The notes beneath the pieces are model-generated. The model saw only the letters and a program-made list of their open reading frames with translations, made no database searches and was not told the DNA's origin. Positions 50,752 through 64,000 of a stretch of DNA of 64,000 nucleotides are shown here, one piece after another. Position numbers and translations under genes: made by a program. This DNA is from Octopus sinensis. Taxonomy: Eukaryota. Positions within the stretch are counted from its first letter, which is position 1, and every line of letters starts with the position of its first letter. The DNA lies in assembly GCF_006345805.1 (NCBI RefSeq), contig NC_043006.1, positions 102,982,001 through 103,046,000 of the forward strand. Reading direction: 5' to 3'.

Positions 50752-51812
50752 ATGACCCGATTGTCAGCAGGGCAGAGAGAACAAGCTACCCGCCGATTAC
50801 TAGCAGGGCAGCGTGCCCTGGTTGTTGCGAAAGCTTACAATGTCCATGTCAGCACCAGCGACACGCACAACATCAACAGCACTTCAGATCGTGCCTGCAG
50901 AGGGCGCCCCCAGGTGACCACGCCCAGGCAGGACCGCTTCATCTACCTGCAACACCTCTGTGATCTCTTCAGAGCGACAGCGTGACAGCTCGGATGGCAG
51001 AGTGAGGGTGTGGCGTAGGAGGGGTGAACACTACAGAGACGCATGTGTCATGGAGAGAGACGCGTGGAGTGACCAAAACATCATGATTTGGGATGCCATA
51101 GGCCTGAATGAGAGAACTGGGCCTCCTGTGTTCCACAATGTTGGTGCAGGCAGAGAGAATGGCATCACTGCGCAACGCTACCTCGACTAGATCCAAAGAC
51201 CTCACATCGTGCTCTTCTTCGCGCATCACCATAGCCACGTGTTCCAGCAGGATAATGCACCCCTCCACACAGCTAGGGTCACCATGGACTTCCTGCGTCA
51301 GCACAACATTAGAACCATGCCGTGGCCGGCTCACATCCCGGATTTGAACCCAATCGAGCACCTGTGTGATGAAATCGAGAGACAGCTGAATCAGGTGGTT
51401 CCAAGGCCATACACCATCGGTACATGGAGTGCATGAGGCAGTTCAGAAAGGCCATTAGCACCTGTGCTCACACCCTGGGGAAAGCTGCCTCCAGTTCCAC
51501 ACGAGTTGGCAGCTTTCCTCAGGGTGTGGGCACAGGTGCCAATGGCCTTTGTGAACTGCCTCATGCACTCCATGTACCGATGGTGTATGGCCGTTTTGAA
51601 CACCCAGGGAGGGTAAACACAGTATTGAATATGTAATGTCCTACAATCTCGAATGCTGTATTCGCCCACTACCAGAACGCATGACAACGACCCATAGACT
51701 GTGGTCAAAAGCATCCAAAAAATTGACTTTATCAGATTTATCAAAATCTATCTTTGACATAATGAAATTAAAACATATTTCACACGTCTCGCGTTTCTTT
51801 TGCGGTTCAATG
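50752..51812 (+). mobile_element. Decayed Tc1 (DD34E) transposon, right end present
   Basis: MTRLSAGQREQA..GRPQVTTPRQDR; DGRVRVWRR; FQQDNAPLHTA..WPAHIPDLNPIEHL (34 aa between D and E); TIR-like gcgtttcttttgcggttcaatg|TA. Confidence 0.9.
51405..51592. repeat. Fold-back inverted duplication inside the Tc1 transposase
   Basis: ggccatacaccatcggtacatggagtgcatgaggcagttc.. pairs with ..gaactgcctcatgcactccatgtaccgatggtgtatggcc. Confidence 0.9.
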
Positions 51813-52672
51813 TAGGCTATTAGTATTAAAATGTACTATATGTCGACAGAAAACAAAATAAACTGTACATTTCCGGGTTAGATCTAGCGCTAAATTTTTC
51901 AATACGATGTTTCTTCAAGTACAACCCCAAACATTTTTATAATACCTGTAAAAAACACTTTGAACATCAGAAGTTCTAATTCTGCAATTTAAAAAAAAAA
52001 AAAATATACGTGTTTTATATAACAAACTAGCGATCGAAATATCTATTATACAAAACAAAATATATTAATACATATACGCATGAAATGCCAACGAAATATG
52101 TCTATATAGAAAACAAATTATGTCCATACGCAATTATTATATAAAAATATATTTGTACTTGTTAAATGCAACTTTTTCATCTTTATCCAACAAAGTCGTC
52201 ACTAAGAAGTCCTACTTTGTGGTTTACACACAGAAACTATATTTGTTAGAAAGGCGACGAACATTTAAGGGCAGGTTTCGAAGAGGTAATCGGAAGTTTT
52301 AGAGGGTAGGATGAAATAGATTTGAAATTACCCTTGGAATTGATATGGCCGTTTGGTATGCAATACGCCTTAGAATATATCTGCGTGATTCCCGCTATTT
52401 CTATGATAATAAATAACTACGTAAAGGATGGGGGTATCTATGAGTTCGTTTAAAAGAGAACTATTAAGATTGCATTAAAATACCGAAATAAATATTTACT
52501 GAGTGAGTAGTATTAGACGAATAAAGGATGCAATGGAAATTTAACTATCAGGGGAATTACATAAACTGGTAAAGTTGGTCTTTCTCCTTGTATTTTTTAT
52601 GTTTTCATTAAGTGAAAACAATTTAAGATTTAACTTAAAGGTTAGCCAACACGTTTTCATAGAGTATTAATT

Positions 52673-53116
52673 GCATCTTTTCGGTTTGAACGGCAGTTTT
52701 TAACATAATTTCTTGTTAACTAAAAAATTTTAAACTTCGTATACTGGTAGAATGTGTTTATAAAACATCTTTTTCTCTTGGCTTTATTGAGAAAATTCTA
52801 TAGTTTGTAAGATATTTGTTGTTTTTTTCTTCAATTTCTGCAATTTCAACCAATCACTGACGTCCATTGAGGTAAAAAAACATTCTGTGCCGTATGAATA
52901 TGTCTCTCGTTTAAGAAACAGATTGGGTTTATTTACATTTGTGAAGAAAAAAAAGATACCCTTCCCCCACCACTAACCCCACCCCTAACCCTAACCCTAA
53001 CTAACCCTAACCCTAAAACAGATTGAAATGCAATAGATCGATTCTAGGGTCATAATTATGGGTGACAATTTCATATGACACCGCTAGAAAAACTGCCGTC
53101 CAAACCGAAAAGATCC
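52673..53116. mobile_element. MITE with ~29-bp TIRs, 8-bp TSD and internal telomere-type repeats
   Basis: gcatcttttcggtttgaacggcagttttt and aaaaactgccgtccaaaccgaaaagatcc; TSD tattaatt at 52665-52672 and 53117-53124; (CCCTAA)n at 52971-53016. Confidence 0.9.
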
Positions 53117-53433
53117 TATTAATTTTTGCTAAGAGAAAGTTGATAGTGATTTCGAAGTTTCGACTTGCTTGCCGTTACAAGTCTAATCACGACGAGAAAC
53201 CAACTCACAGTCACCCTTTTCCATATGTGTGTATGCGCTGTGTTTGCTGTCTGACGGTGCATCTACTTATCTTCCGATAAGTGGTTCGATAGATATTTTT
53301 CAATACAAAAAGCACGGGCCTTAAATTTAAGTACGATGAGAATAATACTGGACAAAAACACTTCGGCGTCGCCCACAAGCATGGCTACCGGCCGATAACC
53401 CACAGAGCCAAAAGATACAGAATATACTCTCAC

Positions 53434-53807
53434 TTTCTTTTTATTCTTTTACTCTTTTACTTGTTGATGTCATTTGACTGCGCCCATGCTGGAGCAGTGC
53501 CTTTAGTCGAGCAAATAAACCCCAGGCTTTATTCTCTGGAAGCCTAGTACTTATTTTATTAGTCCCTTTTGTCGAACCCCCAAGTTACGGGGCGTAAACA
53601 CACCACCACAGACAAACAAACACACACACTCACACACACACACACACACACACATATAAATATATATATATATATACGGCGGGCTTTTTTCAGTTTCCGT
53701 CTACCAAATCCACTCAAGGCTTTGGTCGGCCCGATGCTATATTAGAAGACACTTGCCCAAGGTTCCACGCAGTGGGAATAAACCCGGAACCAAGTGGTTG
53801 GTAAGCA
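53434..53807 (-). mobile_element. SINE family B (head, microsatellite, tail)
   Basis: Reverse complement match to 61328-61698. Confidence 0.85.
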
Positions 53808-54489
53808 GTAAATTTATATGCATGTAGATATGTATACGTGCAAGTGCATCGGTGCGTGCGTGTGTTTATATACGAACGAATGTATGCATGTATACCTATG
53901 TATATATGCATACATGTAAAATACATAAAGTGTAGACATAAGCGTAAAACTGCTTACATCGGTATAGGTGAGTATATAAATGCACACACACACACACATA
54001 TGCGGGTATACATAAATGCATGCATATGCATACATACATTGCTTTCCTCCCTGCCTTTGTATATGGGTGCACAGACATGCATACTAATGTACTCATACAT
54101 CCATCTCTCAATGCAATATATATAAGATATATTTTATTTACATTATATATATATATATATAAACGCGTGTGTGTGTGTTTTGTTTATATTAATTTACTTT
54201 CGAAAATAAATGAATCAGCTGTCTCTCCTGAGGGAAAAAAAATCTGTTCTTGAAATTATATGACGGAACTCATAAACATAATGCCAATTTTAATATATTA
54301 GCTAAATAAATTATGAGAAATTGCAATTAGTTTATGTAGATAGAAAGTTCGCATAGCTTACTGGGTAAAACAGCCAATTAATCATAATGGCTTGGCTTAA
54401 ATAGAAACTATAGTGCTCTTTGCTGTTTCGATAATAATAATAAGAAGAAGAACAGAGTTTACGGGTGCTTGGTATCAACATACATTGGA

Positions 54490-54987
54490 AAACGTAATTG
54501 ACAAAAAGGGGAAGGCAAAAAATCATCTGGGACTTTGATTTCCAGATAAAGTATAAGAGCACCGATGGCCGGATATAGTAACCTTTAGGAGGGAAAAACA
54601 AGAGTGCATAATAATTGACGTGGCAGTGCCAGGGATCAACATGTCATCATGAAAGAAAGAGAAAAGTTTGATAAATATGGAAACCCGAGAATTGAAATTG
54701 CTAAGATGTGGCAGCTACGAGAGTCAAAGATAAAGGTTATTCCTATTGTCATCAGAGCATTGGGTTCAATAGCACCAAATCTGAAATACCACCTGAAATC
54801 TTTAGAAATACCCTACAATCTAGGTGTATTGCGAAAGTCGGCATTACTTGGAACTGCACACATATTATTAGAGTATTGTGTGTCTGAGGTCTGAGATCCT
54901 TGCTGTGACTTGACAAACAGTACAAACCCCCGGTAGACAAAATATCTTCAATTAGTAACATCACTATGTTGAATACTGTGCGACGTC

Positions 54988-54990
<3 letters not shown>
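54490..54990 (+). mobile_element. R4/Dong-type non-LTR 3' fragment (restriction-like endonuclease)
   Basis: KIIWDFDFQ..PDIV..IIIDVAVP..KEREKFDKY..IEIAKMWQL..VIPIVIRALG..KSALLGTAHIL, followed by (AAT)n. Confidence 0.88.
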
Positions 54991-55037
<47 letters not shown>

Positions 55038-55039
<2 letters not shown>

Positions 55040-55320
55040 GCCCTGATGCAGTACCAGACAGTGGCTCTCATGGCTTCTGATCTTAACTGATTGGAAGTGT
55101 TATCACATAAATTTTTTTTTGTCTTGGTATAAAAGATGGGCTACAGCAAATATTCTGCTCAATACCACAGATTTACTTGTCAGTTATTTGACCTTAACCA
55201 GTTGAGCATGTCCCTTAGTGGCTGACGATATGTGCATCTTCTATTATGAGCAGAAGTAGTGGGGGGGGGGCATCATAGCCGTGTGTTGAAAGGAATTCTT
55301 GGAGGTTTGGATAATTGGAA
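55038..55320 (+). mobile_element. (TAA)n-associated repeat, homolog of 41305-41493
   Basis: Direct similarity over ~120 bp. Confidence 0.8.
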
Positions 55321-55387
55321 TATCAGCGAATGTAGAATCGATATAACGTGTGACATAATAGTTGGCAACGCATATTTGTCTGTTTAA

Positions 55388-55590
55388 TATTGGCTTCAAA
55401 TTTTGACACAAGGCAGGCAATTTCCACAGAAGGGGCAAGACAATTACATCAACTTCTGTATTCAACTGGTACATATTTTTCCGACCCCGAAAGGATGAAA
55501 AGCAAAGCCGACCTCGGCGGAATTTGAACTCTGGACTTATAGACGGACAAAATGCCGATAAGTATTATGCCCGGCGTACTAACGATTGTC
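55388..55590 (-). mobile_element. SINE family A
   Basis: ccgaccccgaaaggatgaaaagcaaagccgacctcggcggaatttgaactc. Confidence 0.85.
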
Positions 55591-55999
55591 CTTGCGCACT
55601 GTATTTAAATATTATAAATGATTTTGTTTGAGGGTCTAACGATTCTTCCTTTCCTAGTTATCACCAGAAAAAAGAAAGAGCAGTGAATGTAGGATCGATG
55701 TAGCACGAGACATAACAGTTGACAATGCGTATTTATTTGATTTCAAATATTGCATGTGATACTTCTTGCAGTCTTTTCCCCACTGTTATATTGTATAGAT
55801 AGCTGTTTTCTAACTCCAGGTCCACTCTCATCCACCAGTCATGTGATGAAAGGCATTTAAGCTATCAATCACCCGTCTTTTCATTTCAGTCATTGCCTAC
55901 CACAGACTAAAATATCCGATATTTTGTTTCATTTTTTTAACATAGTATGGTATGATTTAAGGAGGTTCCACTGCTATATTTAGCAAGCATATTTACCAC

Positions 56000-57090
56000 G
56001 TAGACAGTTCTCCGCTGTCATATCACACTAAATACTAGACAGTTCAAGCGACTATGTAGAAACTGCAACTTAGACTTTGCAGATATTTTTGGCAGAACAA
56101 CACTAAAATATGGAATTTTGGCAAAATGTTTTGTCCATTTTCCCATTATTGTTGTTTATGTGATAACTTCTCAGGAAGTTTGATCGTAAGTTATATAGTA
56201 AGAGGCTTCAGCTGACATCTGTGAAAGAAATATATTATAAAATATATTATATTTACTGAATACTTCTCATCTGTGTATTTCTAACATAAATTGTCAACGT
56301 ATATTAAGTATTAATTTCTTCTTACCAACATTGTCAGCTGTCTTAATTTATACTGAATACACATATGCATTTGGCATATTGTCTAACATTCCTCATGCAA
56401 TATTTCATCTCTGTATACAAGATGATCTCAGCACATAGCCTATGCAAATACATATACATAAATACATAATACACAGACACGTTTGCGCACCAGCACGCAC
56501 ACATACACACACACACATACACACACATATAAAATTCAAACTTTCTGTTTTATTATTGAGGTTCCATGCCAACAATGAACAATTTTCAAATAAAATATTT
56601 TCGGTCTTTGAATCTTCAATAGGCTTTTGCATTTCACATGTTTTTTTTGTCGTTGTTGCTTTTCTTCGCATGCATGTTACTTTCTGGCATCGTTGCACGT
56701 GTAGCATGTGAATTGCTGCAGCAACTGTTAGATTTTTCTCAAGCTGGCTTTAATATATCACAAATCATTAGAAAGTATCTATTACTTCTTCAGGCATGTT
56801 ACGGCTCCCACTCTGCTGTTGTAGTGAACATTCTATAACTGATCATTTCACGCAGACGTATTGGTGTGTTCAACATCCAAATATTGGTGAATTATTGATA
56901 ATTAATTTTGAAGGAGCTGTCCATCATCAGTTAAAGCTAACTTTCTTCTTGCTTGTTACTCTGATTCGTATGAAAATCACTTTAAATATTTACTGTAAAG
57001 TAGGAAGTTGACTGACTTGTTACAATTTCGTTTTTCTTGCTAAATATCATATTATTCTATTGACAAGTAATGTTTATCGTTATATCAATA
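56000..57090 (-). mobile_element. Possible ancient piggyBac remnant
   Basis: VHYNSRVGAV resembles YNxxMGGVD; little else recognisable. Confidence 0.25.
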
Positions 57091-57302
57091 TGCCTATTCC
57101 ATAGCAATCGATGTTACGACCGTTTTAAACCCAAGGAAGAGCATCCTCCAGGTGGTTATCGATGCAGTGTGCACCCGGTATATATTGCGAACTGGGGAGC
57201 GAACCCGTAGCATCTTCTAGCAGACGATGGGGTCATCAGACAGAACGGTTTTAAGCTATTTGTGCTCATCGTCAGTAGTGAACACCCGGCTGTTAGAAAT
57301 TA

Positions 57303-58910
57303 ATTCTTTATTACAGGCACAAGGCCTAATCACAGAGGGAACATACAAAGACATGCGGAAACATAAAACATATGAAGGATGGATGTGAAATGAATATATT
57401 TACAATGCAAATGAGTCGGCCATCTCACTCCCGTTGCGAGATGAAACCGTGTATTCCTTTAATACAACCTTTAGCCTCGGTCCGAGGCGAAACCGCAACT
57501 TCCCTCTTCACTGTTGCCCTACCATAATAACCCTTTTAAACCAATGTCCATACAGTCCTTACTTATTTCTTTTCCTTTTTTTTTAAACTAAAAGAAAACC
57601 GAATGTTTATGATAGTGTTCAAAAACCTTTAGGAAACCTGTTCATTTAAGTTTCAAATTTGACATTATTTTTCTTTCTTTCCTAAGTTGTTGTGTCTTAT
57701 CTCACTATAGTTTTTCTTTTCGTTTGTGCTTTTCATGTCTCTTTTTGCTCCTATTTTCTTGCTGTTTTATGGGTTCTTGTATTTCTGTCTCTAAGTCTGT
57801 GTGTTCATGTACGTGTGTGTCTGTGTGTTCGTTTGACTGCAACTCTACGTGTTCCATCTGTGTATCTATGTCTTTAGGTGTCCGTAATTCTGGGTTGTCT
57901 CGTTTCTGGTCTGAATTACTCTGTACTTTTAATTCCATTGCTGTTACTTTCACTGGTAAATTTTCTCCGTTTCTCGTCGTAGGTTGAGTTTTTTCTTCCA
58001 TTCCTTTGCACTTCTTCATTCCCACTGTCGTCGGTGACATTCTTCCCTCTCTTTTACTGGGTTTTACCTCCACCTAATTGCCATCATATTCTGTTCTCTA
58101 CTTCTGCTTTTTTCCACCACTAACTCTTCCTGTACAATCTCTTCCATCACTCCTACTGGTGCTCTAGGGCATTTCTTTCTCAGGTTCCCTCTTTCACTGC
58201 ATCCGTAAGATTTTGGGGGTCTCCCCTCCAAGGTTACTTCCAGTTTTCACCATTTGGTAATTCCACAGTTTCTGCCATTTCATCATAATATTCTGGGCTT
58301 ACGGCGCAAATTACTTCAACACTATATCCCCAGTAATTCAATTGTTGAGTTCTGCCTATTATGCAAATCTCCAGGTTTGCACGTCCCTTCACTAGCTCTG
58401 AATTAAAAATTGTCACTATTACCCATTCTGGGTCTATCGATAGTGGGATTCTTCCCACCCTGACCCTGACGATTCTTTTGCCTAGACGGTTTGGCATTAA
58501 CGTTCATTTCTCTCCCAGTATCAGTCTCCTCTTCTGATGCAAAGGTGACTATTATAGTCGCGTATCCCCTTACTCTTGTAAAGAAGGTTATCCTTTCACT
58601 CATTCGTTCCGTCAGTATTTCCTCTATCTCTTCCTGCGGCGCCTGCTCTATTCTCCTATTTTCATTCGAAAATGTTCTGAATATCACCAGCCTGCTTTCC
58701 AATTTTGTTTTTCCTCCGCTGGCAGGGTCATTTTTATGTTTGACCCTTTTTTTATCCATTATATTTTGCTATTTTCTCCTCATTCCACTCCATCCTCTTC
58801 GGCTTCAGCACACGTTGGTCTATGGTATCTCGACTTTCAGTAGCATCCGCGTAACTTTTTTTTTTCTTCTATTATTCACTTCCATCTTCGTTGCTGATAT
58901 CCAAGTGAGT
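57303..58910 (-). mobile_element. ORF1-only non-LTR retroposon, decayed
   Basis: MEVNNRRKKSYADA (ATG ~58885), RRM-like LVIFRTF..ATIIVTFASEEE, IVRVRVGRIP, decayed CCHC knuckle EGRPPKSYGCSERGNLRKKCP, charged tail, then LINE-like 3' end with AATAAA. No EN or RT seen. Confidence 0.65.
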
Positions 58911-59496
58911 GAGGTGAGTAGGAGGAAGTGCGTAATCTACGTATGCACAAGTCCTACTCTTCAGTATTTAGTTCGAATGAAAGGGTTTTCTGACCAGCAG
59001 AGATAGACTAATATACTGTGGATTGAAAGTAAATAGACTGTGGGGTTTGCATATGAGTAAGAGGCGATGTGTAAGGTAAAGGTTGGATCAGAAACTCTGA
59101 AGAGGAGTTAAAATTTGTCAGAGGATTAAATTTTAGTTTGCGGCATCCTGAGAGAGTGTAAAGGGTGTCAATGTGTTGAGCTGTTATAAAAGTCTCTGTT
59201 AGGGGCCTGGCATGAATACTTGCGTTAGCTAAAACTCTGTTGAAGACACTTTTATCTCAGGTAGCGATGATCATCCGAGTGGTATGATGTATCTTCCCGC
59301 CAACGTTGGGAAAACGTGGACAAAATTAGATAAATGGTGACCAAACAGCCAAAAGTTAAATACGTCGATGTCTGTTGCGTTTTAGATAGCCATATATAGT
59401 GTAGCGTTCGTTCATTGAACTTGAGTTTGTTCCTCGACTGTACTGAGAAGGGCACATGTGAGTGAGAGAAAGAGAGAGAGATAGAGATAGAGATAG

Positions 59497-59527
<31 letters not shown>

Positions 59528-60564
59528 GGGAGAGAGAGATAAAAAGAGAGAAAATGGAAAAGAGAGAGGGAAGTGTAGTAATGTTCATTGGCTGCTAAGA
59601 CATTCATGAATCTATAACTAGATTCAGTAGAAGTTAAAAAATATATTGGGAGACAATGTTTTGGCACAAAATTGGCTGAAGTTAATTGCTCCAAAACGCA
59701 TTAGCATAGGAGTATGAACGATTTACTACAGATAACTCGATAATAAGCTGTGGTGTCTTAATTTGACTTACCATAATTCCTATTTTTAATTTCTCCTTAG
59801 GCTGAACACTGGTGGAGTCACTAAAGCGGCAGAACGAATGCATCGCAGCATTCGCTCCGACGCCCTGTACTTCAACTTTGCATTTTGTCCCTTCAGTACC
59901 AAACCAAGTCGATGGATTAGCACAAGTGTAAGAAGGTCGGCCCTGTTGTCTTGCGCATCTGTGTTGGCTCTTTGCGTTCTGAGTTATAGTTGCTGTATGG
60001 CCTCCTTGGATGGTCATCTGGATTCGACGTCCGCTCCCTCTAGCAGAGTCCATTTTATTGAAAGCATTCAAGCAAATCCACCAGTCTGAAGATGCCTATC
60101 TTCCGCATTCACAAAAAGTTTCAAAGGCTTGGTAAAGGGTCTTGGACACTATCTTCGTTCCTAATTAAAATGATTAAAAAATGTCACACATACAGTCTTT
60201 GAAAATAACTTTGATTCCAAGTGTTGATGGGTGACTCCTCTTCGCAGACTTTGTGGGTCTCTTATCCTTAAAGTCTTAACTTTAAATTACAATTCACGGT
60301 TTTCTTGCTTCTCTTCTAATTAAAATTGCGTGCAGATCATATTCTATTGTCATCATCGATAAAGAATAAAAAGGATTTATATTCGACAAAAGGACAGAAA
60401 TTAAGAGAAGATGGTCTTGTAGATTCAGTCCGCACATATAGGTGACCGCACTGCATTTTACCAAAAAACAGCAAAGCAGGTTTAAAGGCATAAAGAACTG
60501 GACCTAGGTACCAAGCGACATTTTGCTCGACGCTCCATAGGTTCTGACAATTATAACATTGTAT

Positions 60565-60790
60565 ATGATGTTGCATGAACGGACTTGGCCTAGTGGTTAT
60601 CGTGTGTTTTTTTTATATTTATTTTCATGAGAAGAAAGTTGTGTGTTCGTGTCCCAAACTTGCCGATACAATGGATCTTTGAGCAAGGCACTTTGTTTTC
60701 CGTGTTCCAGCACAACATTGACATGAACACCAGCCTACTGCTGTCCCATCCACGATCTTCTGCTTGATCAAGGGAGGGAAAACAGAAAAG
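60565..60790 (+). mobile_element. Diverged tRNA-derived SINE
   Basis: tggcctagtggtta A box; ttgagcaaggcactt core. Confidence 0.55.
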
Positions 60791-60930
60791 AGCCTGTCCA
60801 TGTCTGCTTGTGATTCTCTGGGCTCCATTTAACAATTAGCAAATGCACGATTACATGCTGCCAAGTCATACTCCATTACTACGTGACATTTATGTTTGGT
60901 TGTTGAATCTGATATTGCAGTGCATGTACT

Positions 60931-61698
<768 letters not shown>

Positions 61699-62398
61699 AA
61701 TATATATATATATATATATATATACATAAACAGCTCTTGTTCCGTCTTGATAAATATTCTGGTGGTGAATAATTTTAGGACGTGCGAAAATTTGTATAAT
61801 AAAACACATAACTTTTAACAATCATTAAATTATTCCCACGCCTTGACTTCATGTAATTTTCGCCTGCCTGATTGCTTTTGCATATAAAACATTATAGGCT
61901 TTTCTCTAGTGCAGCATTTAATACAGTTGCGTTGAGAATCGGGGTTAAAGCTTAGATTGAATGGAGGAATGTAATAAGATTTAGATAGATGGAATATATT
62001 CTCTTACACCCAATTAGATATTGGCTATAATTAATTCTAGTTAATCTTCCGTAATACAGCGCATTTAGCCTTTTGTGTATAATTTGGTCTTAACTAATTT
62101 AGCAAAATATTATTTAAAGAAAATATTAATTAATTCAAATTAAGCTAATAAATTATATTTGCTTATGTCAGTGTTTGTATATATATATATATATATATAT
62201 GAAATTAATTAAGGGTAGAAATTGATATTTATCAATTAAGACCAGTGGTCTAGCATATTAAAAAAGAATCCGAAGATTAAAATATTTGATCTGTTTAAAA
62301 TGTTTGATCTGAGAACATAATCTTTTGTGGTGAATGGCGATTTGACGTCTATATCTAGCATGTTGACTGTCCACTTTTCGTGTTCAGTCCTTAATTGG

Positions 62399-62443
<45 letters not shown>

Positions 62444-62968
62444 ATGTATGTATATATATATATATGAATGTGTATGCATGTGTATATGTATTGGGGTATG
62501 TGTAAAAGTGTGTGTTTAAATCTATTTCTACTCGTATGTAGCTGTCCTTATAAATTGTATATTGGTGTATGTATATGTGTTCTTAAATACTTCAATATAT
62601 GAAAGAAGCTTTTGAATTTTAGCGAACATATATGTAATGCTAATTTGGTTTTCAGATTAACATACATTTATTGCAGCAGTTTGTTAACATAAAAATGAAA
62701 TAGTTTAGAAAACTTTTTTCTCAAACTAATTTTTAGATTCAATTAATTATGGTGAGATATACCATTAAACATATTAAAACTCTACCTATATCTGCCTTTT
62801 AGCTTTTTAAAATACTCTGAAATTATATTGTCAGAAATAAATTTGGTAGAAATTAATTTAGCTAGAATGTTGAAATATCATAGTGGTTTCTCAGTGCGGA
62901 AAAACCGACTGGTTTAGATAAAAGTTCGATAGAATATTAAAGAAAATTTAGTAAAATTATATAACTGA

Positions 62969-63361
62969 CTAGCAGTATCGCCCGGCGTTGCTCGGGTTTG
63001 TAAGGGAAATAACTATATAAGCATTTTTAGAGATGTGAATTATAATAGCCATCTAAATATGGCTAACCACAAGGGGGGGGGGGTGTTACTGTAGATTTTT
63101 ACGTTCTGAGATTTAATAAATTTTTAGAGAGTTACTTCCCTTATATATGCCAAAAATGCATTAAAAATGGGAAAAATTGATGGTAAATTCTTTTTAAAAT
63201 CGTAGACTCATTGTAGACGCACGCTAATACCCAGAAGGGCTTGATATGAATCACGACTATAAGATACCCGGTTTTGGTTACACCGCATCGCAAAATGTGG
63301 GAGTAGTTAGGAATCTAAATTGTAGGAGACAGACACACAACTTCACTTTTATATATAAAGA
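62969..63361 (-). mobile_element. Non-autonomous Helitron, same family as 18653-19165
   Basis: Reverse complement A|TC start, same 3' hairpin and CTAG|T end; interior differs. Confidence 0.85.
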
Positions 63362-63821
63362 TATGTTTTGTCTTTTAGTTACGAGAGAAGGTAGTGCCTA
63401 TGATCTTTTAGAGAACCTTTCGGACTGGTGATAAGAGGAAAGTATCCTCAAACTGGAGATGTTCCCCGAATCCTTGCATCAAAATGGATTCCACTAAAGC
63501 ACCCGGGACGTCAGGTGGCGGTGTCGCGTTACGCAACGGATTAAGTCTACGATCTAAGTAGTTCATGGCAGGATTTGAACTCAGAACTTAAAGAACGGTA
63601 AGATATCTGTCTGATGTTTGTGCAATTCCATCAATCAAACCCTCTGGAACAGCCTTTTTTTGTTAATCACCTCCCGAAATAATGAAAGGCAGATTTGATC
63701 GCGGTATGATTTGAATTCAGAGCGCAAGACCCTGTATCTGATGGTGTAACGACTCGGCCAATTCGCTACCTCTCCACAAGCAAGGTGCCATCGACAATCG
63801 CTAGTTTAAGATATTTGATAA

Positions 63822-64000
63822 TAATGGTTTCAAATTTTGGCACAAAGCTAGCAGGTTTAGAAGAAGACGGTAAATCGATCACATCGCCCTCATTGCTCAA
63901 CTGGTACTTATTTTATGGACACCGAAAGAATAAAAAGGCAAAGTTGATCTCTGCGGAATTTGAACTCCCAATGTAAAGACGAACGAAATGCCGCTAAGCA
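63822..64000 (-). mobile_element. SINE family A, cut by window end
   Basis: ttcaaattttggcacaaag..ctggtacttatttt..aaggcaaagttga..ggaatttgaactc. Confidence 0.85.

Noticed and set aside
52100-52660. Third TRPM fragment (minus-strand NSGNHADIF)
   Set aside because: A single short motif with no colinear support.
52971-53016. True telomere or chromosome fusion scar
   Set aside because: A short tract enclosed by TIRs and a TSD.
55038-55110. HDV-like ribozyme or snRNA at the head of the TAA-associated repeat
   Set aside because: A weak P1-like pairing exists, but P3/L3, P1.1 and J4/2 cannot be assigned, and I recognise no snRNA match.

Overview
AT-rich, microsatellite-saturated eukaryotic DNA. The SINE families resemble those of coleoid cephalopods (Octopus-like); this is an inference from repeat content. 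I see no intact host protein-coding gene, rRNA, tRNA gene or CRISPR array, and nearly all supplied ORFs are translations of simple repeats. The window is mostly nested mobile-element remnants: at least four tRNA-derived SINE families, Tc1/mariner/maT fossils, Helitrons, a Gypsy (Gmr1-like) fragment with PPT and LTR, a probable solo LTR, an L1/Tx1-like LINE with a 16-bp TSD, an ORF1-only retroposon, two R4/Dong-type fragments in (TAA)n, and a MITE carrying (CCCTAA)n. Three results stand out. (1) About a dozen intact or degenerate minimal type-I hammerhead ribozyme motifs, mostly in short, (TA)n-anchored, Penelope-related repeats, plus several fold-back structures. (2) Two decayed, apparently intronless TRPM-like channel pseudogenes not evident from the ORF track. 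(3) A ~45-nt 3' tail shared by the LINE, the ORF1-only element and a SINE subfamily. All calls were made by eye; boundaries of degraded elements are approximate.
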